Shown: piece by piece, positions 24,771 to 37,650 of the stretch | How the letters are laid out: every line of letters starts with the position of its first letter | How positions within the stretch are numbered: position 1 is the stretch's first letter | DNA from: Chiloscyllium plagiosum | Taxonomy: Eukaryota | Assembly (NCBI RefSeq): GCF_004010195.1 | Contig: NC_057719.1 | Coordinates: 16,233,641-16,287,808, forward strand | Reading direction: 5' to 3' | DNA: 54,168 nucleotides | The notes under the pieces: model-generated | What the model was told of the DNA's origin: nothing | What the model saw: only the letters and a program-made list of their open reading frames with translations | Database searches by the model: none | Translations under genes and position numbers: made by a program

Positions 24771-25891
24771 TATAAATACAGTGGCTACACGAACAAGTTC
24801 AGAAGCTAGGAATACTACAGTGAGTAACTCACTTCCTGCCTCCCCAAAGCCTGTCCACTATCTACTCTCTACTTGCTTGGATGGGTGCAGCTCCAACAAC
24901 AGTCAAGAAGCTTGACACCATTCAGGACAAGGCAGCCCTATCCTCCACCCTGACATCCTCCCATACCAATGCACTCCCAAAACAATCCTGATCACAGCTC
25001 CCAGTCAGACTGGGAGATATTCTGAGGTCACTGGCCCTGGCTACAAGTGTGATCGACTGGGACTCCCACTTGTATCGGCAGGTACAGACCCTTGTTCAGC
25101 TTCCAGCAATGGAATCGTTTTCATGTTCCGGGCCACTGCACAGTAAGAGGTTTGTCCAGTGCAAACCAGGTTTGCCTTTGTGGTGCTGCACTGTTCTGAC
25201 CACAGAGCGATCACCCAGACACAGTTCAATGGACCATAAGTATATTTGTTCAACAGTACCAAGAACGTCAGAGATTTTCCATCACTAATACTTCCTGATC
25301 GAATACTTTGGCAACTTAAACTTACTTCAATCACTTTCAGGAAGTTCTACTGAAATGATGAAAAATACAAAAGGTGAAACTCTTGGTGCAGTCTGCAAGT
25401 CCCTGAAATGCCCTCACCCACCTCAGCACAGGAGACCTAAACTAGGCTGTACAGAGAACAGAGAGTGGGATCCTGGCAGATCCAGATTCCACTTCACAGC
25501 TCAGGCTCTATGAGGTGCCACAGTCTGCCTAACCCTAAGTAAAGGCCTTACCCATTTAGCTGTTTCTGAGGAAGCTGCTGTGCTGCTTTTTCAGTCTAAA
25601 TGGACTGGCTGCTGTCATTGTTTCTGGCTGGCTCCTTGCATCTTATTCAAAATGGTTGCATTCTTGAAGTCTTCTTTCCTTGCAGACCTTTCCACTTCCT
25701 TATTCTTGCGAGCTGCGCATTTTTGTCTTGAAGACAGTTTCTTCAGCTTTGAAGCCAGGTATCCAGTGCACTATACACCGTGTCTTAAGCGATGTTTTTG
25801 GTTGGAACTTGGTTCTTCTAGAATCTTCTTTTAGATAAACAAGTTGCCATAAACTCTTCATGTCATTCAAGTCTGCGGATTTTATGTAATA

Positions 25892-26453
25892 TGTGGTGAA
25901 GGATTAATCAATACTAAGACTTCAACAGATGAGATGCATGTTTGAGTAAGCAGTAATAGTTTATTACACAATTGTAGGATAAATAAGCTTAAGATTGGTT
26001 TACCACCTTAACACTTGATAAAAGATGTTGTTATCTCATAAGAGATAGTAACTCAGTCTACACTGTGTGCATACAGACTGGAGACTTGACTAATAACAAA
26101 CTGACTAGTTCATCACAGAAACAATCATTTATTTACCAGTGGGAGGAGCTATTCCAAACTTTCTGAGGTAACATTCACAGACCGACTATCTTAAACAACA
26201 ATTTCAGTCCCTGCTACTGGCTCAGACCATTTAATTACTCACGGCCAACCTCAAAAACATCCTCAGTACTACCTTGTATAAACTAAAATGCATCTGAAAC
26301 ATCACTGAAACTTAACCTAATGCACTGGTCAGTATCCATGCCTATGTTCAGACATCAGTGCTCAAGACAGAAACCCTCTTTATTTCTGCAACCTCCTCAT
26401 AATTATGGTCAGACATTATCACAGAGACACCATTCTGGGGAAATGTTCTAACA
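25892..26453 (-). mobile_element. Possible solo LTR
   Basis: TG...CA ends (tgtggtg / ctaaca), flanks taata/taaca (5 bp, 1 mismatch) and a minus-strand AATAAA at about 25960. Confidence 0.35.
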
Positions 26454-26639
26454 TAACAATGCCTCCACTTTGGATTTTAATTGATAGATCCTTGATCTCC
26501 ATGGTTTTCATTCATTTTTAACAGCCAAGTCTTCAAACAAATTCCTTCCACACTTTAGAACTTTCTTCCTAAACTCATTTCTACTACCTCCTTCAAAACA
26601 TGTCTCTAAAGTCTACTACTTCAACACTGCTATCCTGTA

Positions 26640-26875
26640 ATAAAACAAAGAATTGGGCATGTTGAAGATCAGAAACAAAAAGTAGAAATTTTTTGGAGAA
26701 ACTCAACAGGTCTGGCAGCATCTGTGGAAGAAAAGTAAGGTTAACATTTCGAGTCCAGTGATACTTGATCTAATTCACAAGGGCTCCTGCACTTGAATGT
26801 TAACTTTGCTTTCTCTCCACAGATGCTGCCAGAGCTGCTGAGTTTCTACCGCAATTTCAATTTTTGTTTTATCTT
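26640..26875. mobile_element. Old Penelope-like inverted pLTR pair
   Basis: agaaactcaacaggtctggcagcatctgtgga pairs with tccacagatgctgccagagctgctgagtttct. Confidence 0.7.
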
Positions 26876-27141
26876 CAGCTCTGCCATTGGTTAACGAGCA
26901 TAACCCATCTTTTGTAAGAGCAGTCATTTCATCTCTGTGAGTTACCAAGAGAGATTTTACCGTAATGAAATGATGCCATGGCTGTTGCTATCATTATTAA
27001 TTATAACTGTACTCTACTTACTGCTTTAGCATTCACTGATCCCGCATGAAATTTCAGTCAAAAGTGTAATTATTTGGTTAAATTTTAAAGGACAGCTCCT
27101 GTGCACATATTATATTAACTCTTCCATAGATTTTAAAATAT

Positions 27142-27785
27142 TGTCACAAAGCTAGTCCCTTTTTTCAGAAAAGCAAGTCCTTGGCTCAAGGTGACTCTAT
27201 CCTTGATTTTTTTTCAGAGGGGTAATAAACCAGGCCAGGCTCCGATCAGTCTGGTTTGGTACAGAGATGAGAAGGGTTTTGAGAGGCTTTTTGTTCATAT
27301 GTAAATGGATGAAACTTCAGACCAAAGTGGTCATGTTTTAGAAGTGACCTGTATAATGAAAGGGGCGTGGTCAGCTCTTGAGCTGAGCTGAGTGGTTTTA
27401 ATTCAGTCTTGAACTGGGAAGTTCAACAGGGAGCTGTGTGGAAACTCTGTCTCTTTTCTGCTTCTCAACTTCAACCTGTAAGCATGTGTTCCATTTATAC
27501 TGGTTTTCAAAGGGAGTTTGCTTATTGGGACTGTTCTGTAATGCGGAACAGCATAATTAAGTCTAGTTAGATAGGTTCATTTCTGTAGGGGTTCTTTATT
27601 CTGGTCTTTGTGTTTCATTGTTTAACTTTGTGAATAACGTTTTGTCTGTTTTAAAATCTAGTAGTCAACCTAGCTATCTTACTCCGAATAATTTTCACTG
27701 TACACTGACTGAAACAAATTGCAAAGTTATGGTCTGGGGCTGCTTACTTAAGAATGTTTAGAGTGGTCTGGCCTAGTCCATAACA
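27142..27785 (+). mobile_element. Solo LTR (644 bp) with 4-bp TSD
   Basis: Begins TGTCA, ends TAACA, flanked by ATAT at 27138-27141 and 27786-27789. No internal coding sequence. Confidence 0.7.
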
Positions 27786-27864
27786 ATATTATGCATCAAC
27801 TTGTTCAGACATATTGTGACACACTTCCAGGACAGGTTGCACTTGAACTTGAAATTGAACCTTC

Positions 27865-30072
27865 TTAGAGTCATAGAGATGTCCAGCATGGAAACAGACC
27901 CTTTGGTTCAACTTATCCATGCTGACCAGATTTCCCAACCTATTCTAGTCCCACCTGCCAGCACCCGGCCCATAAACCTCCAAACCCTTCCTATTTATAT
28001 ACCCATCCAAATGCCTCTTAAATGTTGCAATTGTACCAGCCTCCACCACTTCCTCTGGCAGCTCATTCCATACACGTACCACCCTCTGTGTGAAAAAGTT
28101 GCCCCTTAGGTCTTTTTTANNNNNNNNNNNNNNNNNNNNNNNNNNNNNNNNNNNNNNNNNNNNNNNNNNNNNNNNNNNNNNNNNNNNNNNNNNNNNNNNN
28201 NNNNNNNNNNNNNNNNNNNNNNNNNNNNNNNNNNNNNNNNNNNNNNNNNNNNNNNNNNNNNNNNNNNNNNNNNNNNNNNNNNNNNNNNNNNNNNNNNNNN
28301 NNNNNNNNNNNNNNNNNNNNNNNNNNNNNNNNNNNNNNNNNNNNNNNNNNNNNNNNNNNNNNNNNNNNNNNNNNNNNNNNNNNNNNNNNNNNNNNNNNNN
28401 NNNNNNNNNNNNNNNNNNNNNNNNNNNNNNNNNNNNNNNNNNNNNNNNNNNNNNNNNNNNNNNNNNNNNNNNNNNNNNNNNNNNNNNNNNNNNNNNNNNN
28501 NNNNNNNNNNNNNNNNNNNNNNNNNNNNNNNNNNNNNNNNNNNNNNNNNNNNNNNNNNNNNNNNNNNNNNNNNNNNNNNNNNNNNNNNNNNNNNNNNNNN
28601 NNNNNNNNNNNNNNNNNNNNNNNNNNNNNNNNNNNNNNNNNNNNNNNNNNNNNNNNNNNNNNNNNNNNNNNNNNNNNNNNNNNNNNNNNNNNNNNNNNNN
28701 NNNNNNNNNNNNNNNNNNNNNNNNNNNNNNNNNNNNNNNNNNNNNNNNNNNNNNNNNNNNNNNNNNNNNNNNNNNNNNNNNNNNNNNNNNNNNNNNNNNN
28801 NNNNNNNNNNNNNNNNNNNNNNNNNNNNNNNNNNNNNNNNNNNNNNNNNNNNNNNNNNNTAATCTGAGGTAACCTTCTTCACTGTTCACTACACCTCCAA
28901 TTTTGGTGTTGTCTGCAAACTTACGAACTATACCTCTTATGCTCACATCCAAATCATTTATATAATGTTGAAAAGAAGTAGACCCAGCACCAATCCTTGC
29001 GGCACACCACTGGTCACAGGCCTCCAGTCTGAAAAACAACCCTCTAATACCACCCTCTGTCTTCTACCTTTGAGCCAGTTATGTATCCAAATGGCTAGTT
29101 CTCTCTGTATTCCATGAGATCTAACCTTGCTAACCAGTCTTCCATGGGGAACCTTGTCGAATGCCTTACTGAAGTCCATATAGATCACATCTACTGCTCT
29201 GCTCTCATCAATCCTCTTTGTTACTTCTTCAAAAAACTCAACTAAGTTTGTGAGACATGATTTCCCACGCACAAAGCCATGTTGACTATCCCTAATCCGT
29301 CCTTGCCTTTCCAAATAAATGTACATACTGTCCCTCAGGATTTCCTCCAAAAACTTGCTCACCATCGGCGTCAGGCTCAGTGGTCTTTAGTTCCTGGCTT
29401 GTCCTTACCATCCTTCTTAAAAAGTGGCACCACGTTTGCCAACCTCCAGTCTTCCGGCACCTCACCTATGACTATCGATGATACAAATATCTCAGTAAGG
29501 GGCCCAGCAATCACTTCCCTAGCTTCCCACAGAGTTCTCGGGTACACCTGATTAGACCCTGGGGATTAATCCACTTTTATGTGTTTCAAGACATCCAGTA
29601 CTTCCTCCTCTGTAAAATGGACATTTTTCAAGATGTCACCATCTATTTCCCTACAGTCTATATCTTCCATATCCTTTTCCACAGTAAATACTAATACAAA
29701 ATACTCATTTAGTTTCTCCCCCATCTCCTGCAGCTCCACACAAAGGCCACCTTGCTGATCTTTGAGGGACCTTATTCTTTCCCCAGTTACCCTTTTGTGC
29801 TTCATGTATTTGTGAAAAGCCTTTGGATTCTCTTTAACTCTATTTGCCAAAGCTATCTCATGTCCTCTTTTTGCCCTCCTGATTTCCCTCATAAGTATAC
29901 TTCTACTGCCTTTATACTCTTCTAAGGATTCATTTGATCTATCTTGTCTATACCTGACATATGCTTCTTTCTTATTCTTAACCAAACCCTCAATTTCTTT
30001 AGTCATCCAGCATTCCCTATACCTACCAGTCTTTCCTTTCACCCTAACAGGAATATACTGTCTCTGGACTCT
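27865..30072 (-). mobile_element. CR1 LINE, 5'-truncated, spanning the assembly gap
   Basis: ORFs 29566-30156, 28958-29365 (QHGFVRGKSCLTNL..DFSKAFDKVPH..SGVPQG) and the tail end at 27865-28119. Confidence 0.93.
28120..28859. other. Assembly gap (740 N)
   Basis: Run of N inside a CR1 copy. Confidence 0.99.
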
Positions 30073-31039
30073 GGACTTCTTGATAGCTCTTAATGATGAC
30101 AGAAAGGCAATTGAGAATAAATATTCTTGTTTCTGTATTCTTGGAGAATGGAACATCAGATGCAGGCAGCAACAAGAACTTACTATGTTAAAGGCACCAT
30201 ATAAACTTAAAACAAATAAAGAGCCTTCACAGAAATGATTATCAAACAGAATTTGGCATCAGGAACACTGGACACAAAAGATTGTGTACTCATTATTCAA
30301 ACTGCCTATTATTCTGGACATGCAAAACAATCCCATTATTTCCCTTCGAAACCATACTGATCTCTGAGTTAACAAAAAAATTATACTCATTGGACTTTAA
30401 ATTGTAGTCTTCTTAAGAATGTGCATATCACAATAATAGGGAGGTCCTAAAATATTTCGAGAGAGGATCTGGGAACAGTGCCCATGTGAATTTGACCACT
30501 AATTCAGTGGGCAAACTAAGCCAGTGAAAGACCGCTGATGAATAAAAAATTGCCATGTGATTATCAAGACAGCATCTCCTAAACAAATATAACTAAATCA
30601 ATCTGGGGAGAAACTCTTCCAATTAATTCCTTGCTAGTGTTTGCAGAACCACACATATTTCTTCAAAAACATTACACAAATGAAGTGCAAAGATTCCATT
30701 GCAGTGATTGAATTGTTATATTCCTACGGCACTGGTTACTGCTCATTCAGTTATCAGATGGTAATAGCCCCTATATCTTCATAACAGAACTCCCTGGTGG
30801 TCATTTATCTGATATTACAATTAAGGATAGAATTTATTATGAAAATAATAAATCCTCAGGGCCCCTTTCACCATCAATGCATTAGTTCAAATGAAGGAAT
30901 AACAAAGTACTCTCGATAAGAGTAGCAATGTTTATCTGGCTCTCAATACAATTCACCTGTTTAAACCTGTTCAAAACGTTATAATTTTGCTTCTATACAT
31001 TGTAATTTCTGTTTCTTTAAACAAATCTCATTGTGGGAA

Positions 31040-32290
31040 TTATCCTAATTAAGAAAGCATGTTACATATGACCTAAGGATGTCCTAATGCACTTCAGAGC
31101 CAGTGACATTCTTTTGAAGATTAGTCACTGTTGTCATGTAAGAACATGCCAGCAAAGTTTTACATAGGAAACACTCATAAAGAGAAATATTTAATGATCA
31201 GATATCCACTTTTCTGTAATGATGTGACCTGAGGGTTTGAACAATAAGTATTAGCTCGGACAACAGTGATAACTTCAAAATCCACATATATGTCATTACC
31301 TCTCTACTTCATTATTTTTCTACTTTATACTAGGAAGAACTATAGTGATAAACTTGTTAACTTATTCCTTTATTCTTCCATTTTTGTACCCCTAAGTACT
31401 TTGGTACTTAAGATGGTGCCAGGAGTGGCGACTTTGTATACTTTTCACTGTCCTCCTGTCCCCTCCACTTGAGGACACATGACAATAAAATCTAAATCTA
31501 AAGGTTACAGAACAATTAGCAAGAACTGTTAATAAAGCATGCAGTATTATCGACTTCATTTAAATAGGCTTCATAAATAGGGGCATAGAGTGCATGAGTC
31601 CAAGTTATACCGAATTTATATCAGACACTGGTTGGACCTCAGCTGGATATTGTAGACAGTTTCTGGGCACCACACTTTAGGAGGATGTGGATACATTGGA
31701 GGGAGTGTAGAAGAGGTTTACAAAAATGGTTCCAGAGTTTGGAAACTTTGCTTATGAGGATAGATTGGAGAAGTTGTGAGGGGTGGGCTGGGAGGAGACT
31801 CCATTCAAGTTTTTAAAAACATTAGTGACCTAGACAGAGCAGATAGGAAGAACCTGTTCCAGCTCATGAAACCAAAGGGCAGAACATTAAAGTGTTTTCC
31901 AAAGCAGCAAATATGCAATGAGACAAGTCTTTTTTACATAGTGAGTAGCGAGGACTGGAATGCACTGCCTGGGAGTGTGATGGAGGCAGATTCATTTGAT
32001 GCAATTAAGAGATTAGATGGTTATTTAAACAGAAACAATATTCATGATTACAGGTAAAGGCAAGAGCTTGGCACAAAAGCTAAAATATTCAAACAGCCAG
32101 TGCAGACATGATTGGCCAAATAATAGCCTTCTGCACCTTAAAAATTCTGCACCTTCTGTGAACAGTGTCATGGGAACTTTTATACCCACCTGAGAAAATA
32201 GACAGGATTCCATTTAATGTGTCATCTAAGAAACAGCATTTTCAACAGCACAGCATTACCTCAGAATAATTTCTAAATGACAACCTATAT
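31040..32290 (-). mobile_element. Deu-domain SINE split into 31040-31265 and about 32150-32290 by later insertions (including a plus-strand CR1 3' fragment at about 31505-32140)
   Basis: The two halves are consecutive parts of the same SINE consensus seen at 18575-19705. Confidence 0.6.
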
Positions 32291-32454
32291 TTAAATAATA
32301 ATATCGTAATACAATGAAATGCACAAAATCTTCACAGGAGTATATAAATCAAAATGTGACACCAAGTCATATAGGGAGACTGATTTTTTTTAGGAGGTGA
32401 CCAGGAGTATTGATGAGAATAATGCATTTGATGTGATTTGCAAGGCATTGTTAC

Positions 32455-32768
32455 CGGGGCAAGGTGGCTCAGTGGTTAGCACTGCTGTCTCACAGCTCCA
32501 GGGACCTGGGTTCGATTCCAGCCTTGGGTGACTGTCTCTCTGCATCTGCCCAGGCTTCCTCCGAGTGCTCTGGTTTCCTCCCACAGCCCAAAAGTGTACA
32601 GGTTAGTTGGATTGGCCTTGCTAAATTGTCCATGGTGTCCAGGGACGTTCAGGCCAGGTAGATTAACCAAACAAAATGCAGGGTTACAGGGATAAGGAGG
32701 GTCTGGGTGGGAAGCTCTTTGGAGGGTCAGTGTGGACTTTCTAGGCTAAATGGCCTGATTCCACATTG
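32455..32768 (+). mobile_element. HE1-type V-SINE
   Basis: ggtggctcagtggttagcactgctg...gggttcgattcc. Confidence 0.88.
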
Positions 32769-33612
32769 ATTTGATAAGGTCCCTCATGGCAGACTGTTAC
32801 CAGGAGGGTACTGTAGGACTCAGTGCTTGGCCCTTATTATTTCCAGTGAACATTAATGATTTGGACTTAAATGTACATGGTATGACCAAGAAGTTTGCAG
32901 ATGACGCAAAGGATAGCTGTAAACTGCAGGAGAATACTAACACTCTGTTTACGTGGACATATCCAGGGGCAAATGGAATTCAATGCAGGAAAGTGTGCAG
33001 TAATGCACTTGTTGAGGGCTAACTAGACAAGGGATGACACTTAAAATAGTTGAATCCTGGAAACTGCTAATGATCAGAGGGATCCTGGTGTACAGAACTA
33101 CAGATCCCTGAGGTAGCAGCACAGGCTGATAAGGTGGTTGAGAAGGCATATGAAATATTGCTTTCATAAGTCAACTTTATAGAATACAAAGTAGGGAAAT
33201 TTTGCTATGACTGGTTAAACATTGGTTAGGTAACAGTATCACATGCAATTATGAGAAGGTTAACCAGGTTGATACTTTGACTATCAAAGATTGAGTGGTG
33301 TGTCTTTATTAAAACATACAAGATTCTTAGGGGACTTGACAGGGTAGATGTGGATAGATTTGCTTCCCCTTGTTGGACAGTCTAGGATCATTGGACATAA
33401 TCTCACTATAGGGGTTCACACAATTGAGTAGGAATAAGTAGGAACTTCCACTGTCAGAGGATAGTGAATGTGTGGAATACATTACTGCAGAAGGCTGTTC
33501 AGGCTGGATTTTAATCAGTGAGGAAAACAAGGGTTATTACAAAAAGGCAGGAAAGTGAAGTTGGGGATGATCAGATCAGCCATCATCTCATTGAATGACA
33601 ATGCACTGAATG

Positions 33613-34443
33613 TGAGACAGTGAGGTCTGCAGATGCTGGAGATCAGAGTTGAGAGTGTGTTGCTGGAAAAGCACATCAGGTCAGGCAACATCCAAGGAGC
33701 AGGAAAATCAACATTTCAGACTGGAGCCCTTCTTCAGGAATGAGGCTGGGAGCCTCGAGGATGGAGAGATAAATGGGAGGGAGGGTGGGGCAGGGGAGAA
33801 GGTAGCTGAGAGTCCAATAGGTAGATGGAGGTGGGGGTAAAGGTGATTGATCGGAGAGGAGAATGGAATGGATAGGTGGGAAGGAAGATTGACAGGTGGG
33901 ACAGATCATGAGGGCGGTGTTGAGCTGGAAGGTTGGAACTGGGGTAAGGTGGGGGAAGGGGAAATGAGGAAACTGGTGAAGTCCACATTGATGCCCTGGA
34001 GTTGAAGAGTCCTGAGGCAGAAGGTGTTCTTCCTTCAGGCGTCGAGTGGTGAAAGAGTGGTGATGGAGGAGGCCCAGAACCTGCATGTCCTCGGCAGAAT
34101 GGGAGGGGGAGTTGAAATGTTCAGTCACGGGGTGGTGGGGTTGACTAGTGCAGGTGCCCCAGAGATGTTCCCTAAAACGTTCTGCGAGAAGACGAGCAGT
34201 CTCCCCAATGTAAATGAGACAGCATCGGAGAGCAATAGATACAATAAATTACATGTGTGGAAGTGCAGGTGAAACTTTGATGGATGTGAAAGGCTCCTTT
34301 GGGGCCTTGGACAGAGATAAGGGGGGAGGTGTGAGCACAGGTTTTGCAATTCCTGCGGTGGCAAGGGAAGGTGCCAGGAGGAAAGAGTGGCTTGTTAGGG
34401 GGTATGGACCTGACCAGGTAGTCACGGAGGGAACGAAATTGAC
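33613..34443 (-). mobile_element. Penelope-like element 3' part: GIY-YIG endonuclease remnant + pLTR
   Basis: Minus frames give FTCTSTHVIYCI.C and EHFNSPSHSAEDMQVLGLLH..TRRLKEEHL. Hammerhead-like core at about 33708-33738. TSD tgcactgaatg/tgcattgaatg at 33602-33612 and 34444-34454. Confidence 0.85.
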
Positions 34444-34514
34444 TGCATTGAATGGGCCTAGTGACCTACTTCTGCTCCAGTCTTATGGTCTTATGATTAA
34501 GCAAGAATTGTTTT

Positions 34515-34890
34515 TTTTGGAACAATGAAGGTTGAGAGGGAAACTTCTAGAGGTATATAAAATTATGATAGGCACAGAAAGGGTGAGTAGGAAGGCACAT
34601 TCTCCATTAGTAGGGGGGGCATATACTTGAGGTAAGAGGTAAACGTCTCAGAGAGTAGTTGAGAAATGTTTTCACCTAAAGAGTGGATGTCTGGAACTCA
34701 CTGCCTGAAAGGGTGATTGAGTCAGAAAACTTTGAAACCTTTAAGCCATATGTAGATATTCACTTGCATTGTCACTGTGCCCAAGGCTATGGGCCAAGAG
34801 CTTGAAACTGGCATTATGTAGTCAGATCTTGGTTAACCGACTCAGACACAATTCCCCAAGTGCCCTCTTGCGCTGTAAACATCTCTTATC
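34515..34890 (+). mobile_element. Old CR1 3' fragment
   Basis: RLRGKLLEVYKIM..WNSLPE-like sequence. Confidence 0.7.
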
Positions 34891-36439
34891 CAAAGGGTGA
34901 GATGGCATGTTACAGCTATACAAAGCTATTAGACCATATACCAGGATTATCGTGTTCAGTTCTGAGTATCACATCGGTGAAGGGGTATATTGATCTTGAA
35001 GGGAGCATGGTATTGATTTATGTAACAGGATCCACATTAAGTACAAAGAGAAATTGTATAAATTATGAGGAGAGATTCCACAAACTGTGGCATGGCTACT
35101 AGAACTTAGTGTTATTTGATTAAGCTATCAAGATGCATGTGTTACACAATACAAACATACAAACTACTGTCTGCAAACTCTTACACCTAGACACTTGACA
35201 ATTCAATAAGCTCACCATCAGCCCCAAATTAGTCCATATTCCAGCATAAGGCCAATGAAGAAAAGTTCAAATTCCTCTCTAACTCTTTTTAATTGTCAAG
35301 CAAATCTCTGGATGATTGAAGTAACCAATTTGTTCTTTTAATCCCAGCTAATTTTTAATAAACCCGAAATAATCATAGTAAGGCAGGAGGTTGCCTTACT
35401 CTCTTTTAAATGACACCAAGGAATCCATGTTCCCTAGTAATCCATTCCAGAGGGCATTGTCTCTGTCAATGGAATATGTCTTAGCAGCTAAACAAATACC
35501 TTGCCACTCTCCTGATCCATATTCCACTCAGAATGGGCAGTTTTATGAATGTAGATTTTTATTAACATTTGTTCACGGGACTTGGGTGGCTCTGGCTAGG
35601 CCAGCATTTATTTGCTCAGCCCTAATTGCCCTTGAAGATGTTGGTGAACTGTGTAAATTCACCAGTCTGTTTTACTTCCATCTCTGCATACAGTGTTGCC
35701 TGCAAGATTGAATCTTTAGGAAAGATTGAAAGCAACTTGACTGCTCCAGTACTAACAGACACTAATCAGTTCAATTAAAACTGAGGTGAGTCAGCCGAGC
35801 GTTAGCATGTTCAAATGAAACGTTATATTTTTACCAGAAAGAAGATTAAGAACAACAGATTCATGTGGTTTCTGAATGCAAAAGAGATTCCTTTTTTGGA
35901 CATATTCACAAAATAATTTGCATTGTTGCTGGAAGATATAAATAAAAGGCATTGTTACAGAATGAAATCATTACTACAGTTGATGGAATTCATCAAGATA
36001 AAGATTATAATAATAGAAGGCACCAAGTGCCTATGTAGATCAATCCCAAAGCATAATGTAGATTGTTATATTCGCACGTAAAAGCCTATTTTACACTCAC
36101 TCTGGCCCAATGATGGCTGACAGCCAATGCTAACAGAGGCCACCTGGTTCCAGTTAAAGTCTCACACTTCAGAGAATTTGGCTTCAACAATCTCAACATC
36201 TGCTCCAAATGTGAACTCTTCCTCTGGGGCCTACAAAAATAATTCAACACTTAACTTTAATGGGCCTCTCCAGTTCCATTGCCCGCAGGAAAAAAACCAT
36301 CCCCAGTACATCATAAGACAGCGGTTTGCTCATTCTGGTACCTAAATCAGTCAGGGTTAACTCTGGGCATTTCAAAATAGCAGAGGCATGGTCAGCTAAT
36401 GCTAATGGAGCAGGAAGGTAACTGAATAATATTGAAGGA

Positions 36440-36780
36440 ATGGCATGGTGGCTCAGTGGTTAGCACTGCTGCCTCACAGCACCAGGAACCTGGGTTTGAT
36501 TCTACCCTTGGACGACTGTCTGCATGGAGTTTTCGCATTCTTCCCGTGTTGTTATGGGTTTCCTCCAGGTGCTCAGGTTCCCTCCCACAGTCTAAAGGTG
36601 TTGCATGGTTATTGTGGATTGGCTATGCTAAATTTGCACATAGTGTCCAGGGATGTGCAGGTTAGGTGGATTAGCCATGGGAAATGCAGAGATTCAGGGA
36701 TTGGATGGGATACTCTTTGGAGGGTTGGTGTGGATGTGATGGGCTGAATGGCCTATTTCTGCACTGTAGGAATTCTATGA
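36440..36780 (+). mobile_element. HE1-type V-SINE
   Basis: A box, V-domain and CR1-like tail. Confidence 0.88.
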
Positions 36781-37146
36781 AGTTGCTGAGGCCAGGCAAG
36801 GCAGGCACAATTGACCCCAAGTAACATGCAGCAAACATCACAAGGTTTACTGCTTTCCATAGGAACTGTGTTGAAGTCTATGAACCAAAGGAGCAGCTCA
36901 TCCCTTGTGTTAGGCTTAGAAACATTTATGGAACAATATCGCTCAATTAAGTTTGGAGCAGCTTAAAATGCCTCAGTAGTAGAATGGCACAGGCTGGGCA
37001 GATAATCCCTTTATTGCCCAGTTGTTTTGTACTATTACTGATTGTGCTGGTTGGTACTTGTTTGCACGATTAAGTCTATAGACAGCAGTGGAACACCTTC
37101 CTAAAAGTTACAAGAAATTTTAATAAAAGCAATAGATCTCACGCTG

Positions 37147-37450
37147 AGATTGCCAACTCTATGGCATTGGCCTAGAGCCTGCAGGTATTGCACACTAATC
37201 TTCAGGACCACACTGAAGGTAAACCACAGACTCAGAGTTAAAATTGGATTCTTCCCCTTTTCTTTGAACTCTTCCATCTATTAGATATAAAAGTACTGGT
37301 GATGGGGAAAGAAGGACTGTTTCACAAACTGTCAATCCAAGACTTGTGTCTGAAAAATAGACCAAAGACATGAGTGTGGGGTCAGCGCAGATGTGACAAG
37401 AGCTCATGTGATGACATATCCGAGAATACGCCTGTTAGAGTTGGTAATCC
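37147..37450. mobile_element. Possible old MITE
   Basis: Terminal inverted repeats agattgccaactcta / tagagttggtaatcc (13/15). No clear TSD. Confidence 0.4.
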
Positions 37451-37489
37451 TACCTTTCACTCAAACAATCCTGATTTCCAGCTAAAATG

Positions 37490-37650
37490 CAACAAAACAT
37501 CGTGGACGTTGCAAATCTAAAAGAAAAACAGAAATTGCTGGAGAAACTCAACAGTTTGGCAGCATCTGTGGAAAGAAAGTAGAGTCAATGTTTCAGGTCC
37601 AGTGACCCTTTTTCAAAATGGAATGTTTTGAAGAAGGGTCATTTGGAATT
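37490..37650. mobile_element. Old Penelope-like pLTR with short inversion
   Basis: tgaccctttttcaaaa is inverted with ttttgaagaagggtca; PLE-type end sequence. Confidence 0.6.

Larger units (their letters stand above)
32385..34500 (+). mobile_element. Old CR1 LINE interrupted by an HE1 SINE and a PLE
   Basis: RT remnants (INDLD..KFADD). The tail resumes at 34444-34497 after the PLE. Confidence 0.7.

Noticed and set aside
27945..29039. Long ORFs of 258-364 aa in the track
   Set aside because: Artefacts of translating through the N gap; the flanks are CR1.
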